Position numbers and translations under genes: made by a program. From positions 137,578,001 to 137,642,000 of the forward strand of contig NC_042999.1 of the NCBI RefSeq assembly GCF_006345805.1: a stretch of DNA of 64,000 nucleotides, written 5' to 3'. Every line of letters begins with the position of its first letter. Position 1 is the first letter of the stretch. Origin of the DNA: Octopus sinensis (lineage: Eukaryota). The notes under the pieces were generated by a model. The model was not told the origin of the DNA and made no database searches. It saw only the letters and a program-made list of their open reading frames with translations. This document shows, piece by piece, positions 40,593 through 50,995 of the stretch.

Positions 40593-41320
40593 ACAAGGTC
40601 TGATCAAAAAGTATTGGAACTGTTGCTATGGTAACAAAGCTAAAATACACAGAATGTAGCTGCTTAGCACAGATTGACTTTGAACTCTGTTGTACATGCA
40701 TACTAAGTGTAATGCTCTCACCCACTTCTGTTGTTTATAACAGTGCTTGGAAGCAAAGTGTTTAGAAAGTGATTGTCTCACTGAGAAGATTAAACAGAGA
40801 ATCTGCATCAAATTTTACTAACAGCTTCGTGATACCTACACAAACTTACACAAAGTTGTATAAAGTGTATGGAGAGAAGTGTATGAGCCAGACATAAGTA
40901 TACAAGTAGCTCAAATGTTTCCAAGATGGCTGACAAAATGTCAACAGTGATGAACATTCTGGGAGACCTACAATCAACAGGGCTAATGCAAACATTGCAA
41001 ATGTGTATGCATCTGTTTGGAAAGGCCAATGAATTGCCATGCATGAGTTATTGGAGGATGTGAACATCAGCTATAGTTTAGTTCAATCTATTCTCACTGA
41101 AAATTTCAGAAATGTGTCTCACAAGTTTGTGTTAAAACTGCCTTTAGTTGCAGCAGTTTTTGGTCAAGCACAACATTCTCTTGACCCAACAACCACCATA
41201 TTCCCCAGATTTCACCCCTTGCAACTTTTTCCTCTCTCCAAAAATCAAACACCATTTGAAAGGAACATTTCACGACATCAAAGGAATCCAAGAGAATGCA
41301 ACAAGGCTTGTTTTCTTGAT
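40593..41320 (+). mobile_element. Internally deleted mariner relic
   Basis: TIR-like caaggtctgatcaaaaagtatt, then QRICIKF...VYGEKCMSQ...DEHSGRP and QPPYSPDFTPCNFFLSPKIK. Confidence 0.8.
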
Positions 41321-42376
41321 ATATACAATGATTGTGTCTATGTTACAGTTAAAGGAGCTTAAGATTGGTATGACTACATTAAAGGATGTTCGTGAGATTT
41401 TTGTACATGGAGTCAGTATAAATTTTCCATGAGATGTTTAGGTTGCACTAGGGTTCAGAAGATTAAGAAGGAATGAAAGATGGTGTTACCTATACAAAAG
41501 TGAATATTGTCAGAGGCCATGGTATTTTCATATTGTCTTAAAACATTAACAAAATATAGAGTTGTTTTGTTCCCTACCCAAACTTCATATACAAGAAGAT
41601 AAAGAGATTTTTAAAAAAGAGAAAAAAAAAGAAAGAAGTAGAAACTAAAAGAAACTGGAAACATTACATTCCAAAAAAAGGGATCATAAATAAAGATGTC
41701 TTCCTTTATATGTATATTAAATGCTTTTTCTCCCATAACTAATTCACTCTGAAGGGAATTTTACAAACAATAAACAGAACAGATTAAATTTTCATTACCC
41801 AACCTATTATCTTGTGCAGGTGATGAACTCCCAATATATTTTGAGGCTATTACAGCTTAAATGCCAGCAGTCAGCTCATGAATCCTGAACATTTTTTTCC
41901 AAATAATGTTAACTTCACTTATCTGCTAGTATCAATGAGCTGGAACCAAAAGTGTCGTAAAACCATTCTAATGATCCAGTAATTCAGACTTAATGCTCCC
42001 ACTGACAGGGACATGGCACCTGATTGTCTGCAACCAAGTAGATATCCAGCTTTAAGCATGTTTTGCTGTGTGGAATAATAGAGACTCCTTGCTGGGGCCC
42101 CCACTGCTGGGTTTTCAAACTCAAATAATATTTTTCTTTTTCTGTTTTTAAACTGAAACAGCTCAGACTTCAAATATTGAAAAATCTGAACTATATTTTA
42201 TGCTAATAAAAAGTTTCAAACCAAGACTATATTATTAAGCATATAAATGCATTACTATACCAAATCTTTCAGTTTCATGTTGTATTGTGTGTATTGTTAA
42301 TGTTTAAGTATGAATGAACATTGCTTAATAAACTAGTTTATTACACCCAATCAGAATGCAATAATATTTTACTTAC

Positions 42377-42412
42377 CATAAGTTGTAAATCTTCCTGGGT
42401 ATATATGTGCAC
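42377..42412 (-). CDS. Linker micro-exon between the WSC repeats (36 nt, phase 1 to 1): (S)AHIYPGRFTTY(G)
   Basis: Acceptor ttatcatag and donor tg|gtaagtaa. Phase-compatible with both neighbouring WSC exons. Confidence 0.7.
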
Positions 42413-43877
42413 CTATGATAACCAAATGATAATATTATATACAAATCAAGAGAACTCTAGAGCTCAAACTCAAAATATACATTATTAAAATGAAAGAAAC
42501 ACATTAATCTAAAATACTTACTAACTTTTCATAATTATTTGAAATAAATAATATAAATTGCAAACATGCACAGACAATTAAAAAAGGAAAACAGTCTCAA
42601 TTTGCACTTGCTTTTTCCCTTTCTTTTTCTTCTATTTCTTTATTACCAACACATTTTGTTGTTTATTTCCAAGTTGGCCCTGATCAAGCTGACATGACTA
42701 TGTATTTAAACCTCCCCTCCAGCCATTAATAGCATATCTTGGACAACATCAAGTGAAACAATTTCATTTCAGAGGCTATTTTGCTGGAAGCTTACCTTTT
42801 ACTTTACAATTAGTTATATTAGTCATTAGAAAGTTATTTTCCTTTCCATGATTTTAAAATGAAACTTGTCAGTTGGTGGAAACAGTTAAGGGGGAAGTTC
42901 TACATAAATAGAATTTTGTAGAAAGATTTTACATTGAAAAACAGGGTTTAAAGAAACGTAAAGAGAACAGCAGGGAATGGAAAGGCATTGCAGAATGGCT
43001 ATTCTAAGAGACTGAGAAATTCAGTTAACAAGCTCAGAAAAAACAGCTTAAGTAGTCAATAAATATACCTTATGACATATGTTTAAAGTCACTACTAAAT
43101 AAAGATTTTCTGACCAAATAGCTTTATTCCATTTGAAGTTCACTATACCAGCCTTTTAGTAAAATTCCATAGTTGTCTATGGTGAGAAAGAACGTGAAAA
43201 ATAGACATCAACATGGTCAAAAAAAAAGTAAAATCTTGTGGAAAGTCTGTAATTTTCTTTGATAAACATTAAACATGATACAAATTAATATAGTAATTGG
43301 CTACTTATTTCTTTTATGACCATATTTTTAATCAAATAGACTGTTTCAATTAGTTTTGAAAAGAATCAAGTATTTTAAGGGTTTTAATAAAATAACTAAC
43401 ATTGTTATTATGAAGCTGATGTTCAAACAGATATTCTGACATAAAATTACGAGGGCAGGTTTTGATTAAAACATTAATACTTCAAAATGGATAGTATTGC
43501 ATGACAGAACCAAAAGTAGTCTCAGACAAGTTGATGCCAAAGAAATTATAACTATTTTATCAACAAAATAAGTTTTACAACACTTTATACTTTTGCATAC
43601 ATAGTCACTGGTGACTTCACTGTCATATAATACATCAAAATTAAGTCAACTTAGACAAAGCATCTCTCCCCAGGATCTTCACTGCAGATTGGATTGCTTC
43701 AGATACAAGAGCAAAGGAGTTAAATCCCTGACCAATCTGGACTGGGTGTATTTTATCAAGAAGGAGGAGAAAGAAACAGTGAGAGGCAGAAGGTGTGTAA
43801 TCAACCAAACATGCTTTAAAACAAAGACACACATACATATATGTGAGTGAATGTGAGTGCATGTGTGTGTATATATA

Positions 43878-44265
43878 TATGGATCAAAGCAGTTTGATTC
43901 AAACTCCTTGGTACTCTGAGTGTCAAGTGTGACACTAATCTTTGGTCATAGGAGTTTGAATGAGAGGTCGGTTGGAGAGAATCAATGTTTATTACAGGAT
44001 GCTAGCCTGCGATTGGTTGAGAAAGGTCATGTAGTGTCACAGTTTGATGTTGGTATTTTAGCGACAACAATTACTTGGAAAATACTACGAGTAATTTTTG
44101 TCACTGAAATACCAACATCAAACTGTGACACTGCATGACCTTTCTCACCCAATCACAGGCTAACGTCCAGTAATAAACACTAACTCTCTTCAACTGACCT
44201 CATTCAAACTCCTATGGCCAAAACTCAAATTCCAAGAAATTTGAATCAAACTGTTTTAATCCATA
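43878..44265. mobile_element. Foldback MITE, an almost completely self-complementary element of about 390 bp
   Basis: ggatcaaagcagtttgattcaaa pairs with tttgaatcaaactgttttaatcc; gtgtcacagtttgatgttggtattt pairs with aaataccaacatcaaactgtgacac. The loop is about 12 nt near 44080 and both ends are TA. Confidence 0.85.
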
Positions 44266-44553
44266 AATGTAATTCCCAATAAATGTGTTGAGTGCCCTTC
44301 TTTTATTTGTCTATTCACTCATATATATATATATATATATATATTATGTGAAATAGAAAGATGAATAATCTTGTAGTAGATTAATCAAAAGTTTAACCGA
44401 TACCTTAGTAGCAAAAATCACAGCAGTAAACAGCACGGTTGGAGGTACAACCATATGGTGTTGCAACCGTGCGTTGGTGCGGATAATTGAAATTAAAACA
44501 TTATTGGTGAATTGAAGAAATGGAGCTGAACGCAGATTGAACAGAAATCGTTT

Positions 44554-44647
44554 TATTTCATTCTACACGTGTTTCGAAAGGCACAAATTACCAAAATCCG
44601 ATTGAATAATGGGACCATATTGTGTCTTTCTCTTCAGGAAGAAAATA
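44554..44647 (-). ncRNA. Type I hammerhead ribozyme motif (minus-strand copy)
   Basis: Exact reverse complement of 44857-44950. Predicted cleavage is between 44564 and 44563. Confidence 0.8.
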
Positions 44648-44696
44648 GGAAATCCGTTGGAAAAACAAAAACAGAACAGAGGCGGAGCAAAAACAA

Positions 44697-44768
44697 ATCG
44701 AACTATGCTCCTAAGAGCCCATCGAACTATGCTCCTAAGAGCCCATCGAACTATGCTCCTAAGAGCCC
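44697..44768 (+). repeat. 3 x 24-bp perfect tandem repeat (atcgaactatgctcctaagagccc)
   Basis: Units start at 44697, 44721 and 44745. The opposite arm has only one copy. Confidence 0.97.
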
Positions 44769-44856
44769 ATGGAGTTTCGCCATGGGCTCTTAGGAGCATA
44801 GTTCGATTTGTTTTTGCTCCGCCTCTGTTCTGTTTTTGTTTTTCCAACGGATTTCC

Positions 44857-44950
44857 TATTTTCTTCCTGAAGAGAAAGACACAATATGGTCCCATTATTC
44901 AATCGGATTTTGGTAATTTGTGCCTTTCGAAACACGTGTAGAATGAAATA
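44857..44950 (+). ncRNA. Type I hammerhead ribozyme motif (plus-strand copy)
   Basis: Core CTGAAGA (44867-73); stem II GAAAGaCACAA...TTGTGcCTTTC; core GAAA (44929-32); minimal palindromic stem III C-acgt-G; GTA cleavage triplet (44938-40); stem I tattttcttc pairing with gaatgaaata (one mismatch, one G-U). Confidence 0.8.
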
Positions 44951-45001
44951 AAACGATTTCTGTTCAATCTGCGTTCAGCTCCATTTCTTCAATTCACCAA
45001 T

Positions 45002-45038
<37 letters not shown>

Positions 45039-45042
<4 letters not shown>

Positions 45043-45498
45043 GCTGAGTAAAAAGTAAGCAATGCTTTCAAACATGAAATTCATCACAATATATTTCAAC
45101 AATGTGGAAATTTTATTCATCAAAGTAAGTACCATTACAATCAACACATTTTTACCAACAAGTTACAAGTTTGTTTATTCCAGTAACATAAAAATCCAGA
45201 GTTCTGGAGCTGATGAACTCTTTGAGTGCACTTTCAGCATCGATTTGGTTTTTGAACTCCTTCTCTCGCAGGAAACCATCATGGTGCTTGAAAAAGTGGC
45301 AGTCAGTAGGAAAAAGGTCTGGGGAATAAGCTGGGTGGGGAAGGACTTCATAGCCAAGTTCCCTCAACATATGGAGTATCATTAGTGAAATGTGCAGTCA
45401 AGCATTGTCACGAAGAATATGTTTTTAAAAATTCAAAACTCTGCAAAAATCCAGTACAAATTCTTCATGGTTCAAAACATTGCTTGCTTTTTACTCAA

Positions 45499-45503
<5 letters not shown>
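45039..45503 (-). mobile_element. Internally deleted mariner (465 bp) that keeps both TIRs
   Basis: TIRs tcaggctgagtaaaaagtaagcaatg and cattgcttgctttttactcaaccata. ORF 45152-45382 reads LPHPAYSPDLFPTDCHFFK...GINKLVTCW. (TA)n on both flanks. Confidence 0.9.
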
Positions 45504-45541
<38 letters not shown>

Positions 45542-46604
45542 CACACACACACATGCACATGCACCTGCGCATGCACACACGCACACACACAGAGACAGAC
45601 TTGGGTCAGAATGATGAAGGCTGTCCTAGAGGTGCTACATCTTACAGAGATGACAAAGGACTATATTGATTGTTGATGTATGGTGCTGCAGAAGACTCGA
45701 CCACCCATGGCAAAACATACTGTGACAAGGGTAGTGTTTAGAGGTTGAGATATTTTGTACCCTGCCAAGCCTACATTTGTTTTTCCCTCACCTTGCATCT
45801 CTGATACCTCCCTGTCATCTACCTATTGCTCACTACCCACTTCATCCATCTTCTTATCATTCACCCCACTTCATCTCTCATCTCTACACCAACTGTACTG
45901 ACCACATTATCCTCATAACTCTAACCCTCTCATCTTACACTAAGCCTATATATATATAAGAAACTGCATCAGACATCCCACATTCCCTCATTCACCTAAT
46001 ACATTCTAATTTTGTCCTACTATGCAGCCAGCCATCACTTTCTCTCTTTATCTCTCTCTCTCTCCTCACTGGGTCACCTCTATTGTTACTCAGCACCAAT
46101 ATCTTTGCCCATCACTGCTGTTATCAATTTTTCCCCTTCTGACTCCACCTCAAATAACTGCTTTTTTTTCAATCATACTCTTGCTCCTTCCAATTTCTGA
46201 TGTCATTACTCTCTTTCTTGCTTCCCTCCTTAGCTACCTGAGGAAATATACACACCCTGGGTTACTGAGTACACACTACACTTACATTTATACCCTTGTC
46301 CCAACCCTTAGCAATGCATTTCTGGCATATGCTGTCAGCACTCTCACTCCTTTTCGTGTTCTCAACTTAAATGCATTGAAATGATTTTGTTCAGTTAATA
46401 GCAAAAGTTCAAAGAAAATTTCAACAGTTTTAACACACAAAGTATTATCACATTTAGGTTTTGTATGAGTAGCAAGCAGATAATTTTCAAGTAGTTTTCA
46501 TATATTTTAACTAGATAACTGAAGGTTATTTTTTCCAAAAATTTTGGCTTTATTTGGTATTTCTTAGTATATTAATAGTTACCAATAGAACAAAATGTAC
46601 TTAC

Positions 46605-46729
46605 TATGTATTTGAAGTCTTCTATTACCACCACACATCTGACGTTCATTAGCTGGACATGTAAAATTGCAATCAGTGTCAGGAACCTTTATTAAATTGT
46701 CATAAACTTGCCCACATACGCAAAAGAAC
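46605..46729 (-). CDS. WSC-domain exon, second half of WSC repeat 1 (125 nt, phase 2 to 1): FFCVCGQVYDNLIKVPDTDCNFTCPANERQMCGGNRRLQIH
   Basis: CxCG...C...C...CGG WSC signature. Acceptor atctttttag and donor a|gtaagtac. Same phases as the 35925-36052 exon. Confidence 0.9.
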
Positions 46730-47084
46730 CTAAAAAGATTAAATCAACTTTGGCAATAAATATAACATAAAAATAATTTTATATCATTTATTTCTACATT
46801 ATTACACAATACTAAAAAGAAAAGATATCCTCTTAAGTATCTATGAAAGAAAATAGAATAAATATCATCCTATAAGTCTCTAAATTATTGAATTGTGTGA
46901 ATGGATAATTTGTTTACTCAGTGTGAAAATGAAGTAGATACTTGACTGAGCATATTTTAGGTACTGAAACAATGATGTATGTATTTTAATTTGATGTATA
47001 AAAATTAGATAAGTTGAAATTTATTTTATAAAATAGGTCTAGAGAAAAGGGCAAAGCCCCTTCACAGCAAACTAAGACTGGAAA

Positions 47085-47290
47085 AACTGATGCTGTTAAC
47101 ATTCCGCTTAAATTTTTGAAAAGTAGGTGAAAACATGTGCAGGGCAGAAATTTCAGGGAGTCAATGCTCTGGTGAGGAAGAACTGGATGTAGCGATCAGT
47201 ACAAGGACTAAGGAGTTAAACAAAACATGAGTGATGAAAGGAGGAGATACAAGTGAGTAGCGAGACTTGAGTGGCAGTGACAGAAATATG
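47085..47290 (-). mobile_element. CR1/L2-group LINE 3' end fragment, similar to the one at 2700-3200
   Basis: Decayed match to the SHPxxV...SFFxRT..LWNxLP...VF...FKxxVN C-terminal region. Confidence 0.45.
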
Positions 47291-48007
47291 CATGTGTAAC
47301 AACAGTATTAGGTCAGCATAATTTAATCAATAGTTCATGTATTTGACCTTTATAAACAAATTTGTTTCTTTCTTAACTCAAATTTTTCTCCAATATCATC
47401 TTTCAAAGTATAAATCTTAAAATATATAAAAGATACTTTTTCTTGTTTTTGTTTTTCTGTAACATTTCTTATTTAATACATTACTTTTAACATAAGTCTA
47501 CCATAATGCATATAAGTATTGAACTACTATAAACAGTACAAAACTCTATCTTTATAATATTTATCAATATTTAGTACCATTATAGTAAAGTGGTACTTAT
47601 GCCCATAATATAATAATATCCAACTGAGTCAAGAAATACTTTATCACCTCTTGAAAGCTCTGCCATGATTATGGTTTTCATTTTCTTCCTTTCTTTTTCT
47701 TTTTTGAAAGAAAGACTTCATCAAAACAAAATTAAAATTACTATTGAGGCTAATTTTTACTTTCTTAGGTAACTTTGAAGATGTTTATCATTGCTTCTCA
47801 TCTGTTGATCAATCTGTTTAGTTGTGTGTGCGTGTGTGCATAGATGTGTGTGTGCACATGTGTGTGTGTGCACACATGTCTGTGCATGCGTGTGCGTGTG
47901 TAATTTTTTTCTAACTTTGGTACATGTCACAAATTTGTAGGGAAAGTATAGTTGCTTAAATCAACTGTATTACTTGATTGGAATTCTATCAAAGTCAGAA
48001 GGATTAA

Positions 48008-48228
48008 CCCTTTCGTTACCAACCCAGCTGAAAATGGCTCTGGCTCTTTAGTACAAATGTCTTGTTTACATAAGTTTTGAATTCAAATCTTCCACCAAAT
48101 CTTAGTCACAAATTATGTTCTTAACACTAGCTCAATGATAACGATATTATTTTACTAAATTCTTTGTTATATTCAAAATAATTGGAAGAAACACAGAGCA
48201 TCTCAAAATAAATACAGTAACGAAAGGG
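48008..48228. mobile_element. piggyBac-type MITE (221 bp)
   Basis: Perfect 12-bp TIRs ccctttcgttac and gtaacgaaaggg, with TTAA at 48004-07 and 48229-32. A decayed relative lies at about 975-1102. Confidence 0.9.
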
Positions 48229-48729
48229 TTAAAGGCAAAATTGAACTTAGTAGGATTTGAACAAGGCAAAATTGAGAAATTGAGCTTAGTAGGATTTTAA
48301 CATAAAGCTTAAGACTCAAAGGGCTGTAACTAAATATTGCAAAGCATTAATCTCATTAGTCCTTTTATTTACTTTAGAGCAGAGAATTTTCTAGGTCCAT
48401 TGACAAAATGAAAAGCTGTTCCCCATGTACACACACACGTGTGTGTTTGAGCGCATGCACATTTGTGTGTATGCAAAGTAGAAAATGTTCTAAATACATG
48501 CCAAGTTTATTTATTCATTCAAAGCCACTGATGTTTCAATTTGTCAGTATTTTGAATTTCTTACTTATAACATGAAATTAACTGATTTGTGTCTTCAGTA
48601 GCATGACTTTTGGTCAAAACTCTGAGCAGTGAAAACTCAGCTTCAATTCAATTTTATACCATTCATATTGAGAACATTTTCTCAGGTTTTTATGAATATG
48701 TATTCATTCATTTTATACATACATTTGTA

Positions 48730-50995
48730 CATATGCACGTGGATAGCCTGTGGAGATGCTAGAGCAGATACATATATATAGATATGTGCTGTGTACAAGA
48801 AGTAAGAAGGTGGCAAGCTTCAACAATTACTCATGCACAAACAGTAATCAAGTACGCAGACTAGACACATTATTGGCAGAGAAATATCCAGATAAAGTAA
48901 TCAAGGTAGTCAGAGTGTATGCAATAGAATAATTGAGATTAGGCTAGTCTTGAATAACATGATAGTGAAATTTATCACTACTTATGCACCACAATCAGGG
49001 TTCCCAGATGAACAGAATTACTGACCATTTTTATGAAGCCTTCTTGCAGATTATCACAATAACAAATGACAGTGACTTCGTTATTGTAACCGGCAACTCT
49101 AATGGACATGATTGATAAACTTATGACAGCTTTTCCAGCATACATGGAGACTATGGATATTGATACAAAGAATGAGGAGGAATCAAGACTCCTGAAGTTT
49201 TGTGATACAAATTACTTATTTCAAACATTAGTTTTAGGAAAGTGACCAGCCATCTGATTACCAATCAGTTGGGGTAACACACAAGCCAGATAGACTTTAT
49301 ACCCACTAGGAAATGGAATAAACAGATAGTTGTAAAATCTAAGTCTTTCCTTGAGAAATGTATCACTCAACATAGACTAATGATAGCTGATTTCAGAGTA
49401 AAAGTTAGATAGGCCCATAGGTACAAAGAAAATTTGAAAAGGAAGACATGGTAGCTGAAAGAATCTGCAACCAGTTCTAGGTTCAGATAAGTTCTTGTTA
49501 ACATATATGACAGAACAGAGAAAGAGATAGTGATTTATAACATAAAAAGACAATAAGAAGTGCCTGTGGGACAACTTGCTGAAGACTATAAACCAAATCT
49601 GTGGCTATTGCAAGGTTCCAGTCAAGTGGAAAGTGGCACAATAGTGGAATAGTACTGTTGATAGATTTGTAAAAGCTAAAAGACTGGCTTAGAAAGAAAT
49701 GAGGCAGCAAAGAACAATTCAAGTAGCTTGAAGTGAAGCTAGACCTCAGGTATACTTAGCAAGAGGAGAAGCAGGAAGTAAGATGTGTAAACTTCTTTCT
49801 TGCACATGTTGTGATGTGAAGATCATAAACATAAGGTATTCTGGATTGCAAAACAGTGCACTAGAGAAAATCAGTATGTTGTTGAGAAGTGGTTACAGAC
49901 TGAAATGAAAGAAGAATGGAAATGCTATTACAAAAGGTTGTTGAATAAGAATACATAGAAGAGAGAGGGTATATCTTAAGTAGACCCAACAAAGGACCCA
50001 GCAATTGTAGTAGACAGCAGTGTTGTCACTAACACAATTAAAAATAAAAAAGCAGGGAAAGCAGCTGGTCCATCAGAAATAATCGCTGAGATGCTTAAAA
50101 TATCTGGTTAAGTAGAATATATGCATGTCACTCAAACAATCAATCAGGTAGTACAAGAAGGTGTCATACTCAATGGCTGATGCAGTAATGTTATCAACTA
50201 CTGCAAGGTCAAAAGAGATGCAGCAAAGACTGGTAACAACAGTGGCGTTAAATTGATGGAGCAGATTATGAAAGCTGCAGAAAGTTAGGAACAGAATTAG
50301 TCTAGCTGAAATTCAATTGTACTTTGTTCTTGGAAGATTTACTATTGATGCCATCTTCTGAGTGAGACAACTGCAAAAGTTGGGAGAAGATAAGAGTAAA
50401 CCTCTATCCCTAACATTGTTGATTTGCTGAAGGCTTTTGATAGATTTCCATGCTCAGTAGTTTGGCGGTGAATAAGAAAACTAGGAATAGATAAATGTGT
50501 TATGAAGCTAATACAAGCCATGTACAGAGGTGCATTCAACAAGGTAAGAGTTAACAATAAGTTCATGATTAATTTAGTATGCATGTAGAGGGCCATCATA
50601 GTACAGTTTTTAACACCTTTTTATTATAGTAGCCGAGGCCAAACCAGAAGTTCAAGACCAGCTGTCGGTGGGAATTTTTTTTATTGCTGATAACCTTATT
50701 GTAGCTGAATTTGAAGAAGATTTAGAGAAGACATTCTAAGCATGGAAGCAAAACCTAGAACCAAGATAGTCTCATATTAAAGTTTGCAAAGAGTAAAGTT
50801 TTAGTAAGAAGAAAAGAAGGCAGTGCCTTGCTATTATCAGGGAAATAGCTATGCTTGATATGCAGAAATTTAATATGGTGTATTCAGTTTAAACTTTGGA
50901 CACTCAAGATGTTAGGGTTAGAGAATCATAGACAGGTTAGAGGAGAAAGTAGACTTCATATATGGTAGATGTGAAGGAATACCTAGTAATAAGAA
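48730..50995 (+). mobile_element. Old, near-full-length RTE LINE, 5' part (APE endonuclease and most of the RT)
   Basis: MCCVQEVR, TYAPQSG, SQIDFI (endonuclease); VDLLKAFDR and ADNL-type remnants (RT); ends in RLEEKVDFIYGRCEG. Many stops and frameshifts. Confidence 0.85.

Larger units (their letters stand above)
44344..45010. mobile_element. Young hammerhead-bearing palindromic insertion in (TA)n (Penelope-like pLTR or retrozyme-like)
   Basis: (TA)n on both sides. Arms 44494-44772 and 44780-45010 are exact reverse complements apart from two extra 24-bp units in the left arm. The loop is agtttcg. Confidence 0.8.

Noticed and set aside
44697-44768. Short direct repeats that could suggest a CRISPR array
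   Set aside because: The units are contiguous with no spacers, and the context is eukaryotic.
44563-44941. Mirror-image 110-aa ORFs on both strands
   Set aside because: They are a by-product of the perfect palindrome and the 24-bp repeats, not proteins.
46918-46964. Phase 1-to-2 mini-exon candidate for the missing first half of WSC repeat 1
   Set aside because: It lacks the GCY motif and the CxxxC pair required in a WSC N-terminal half.
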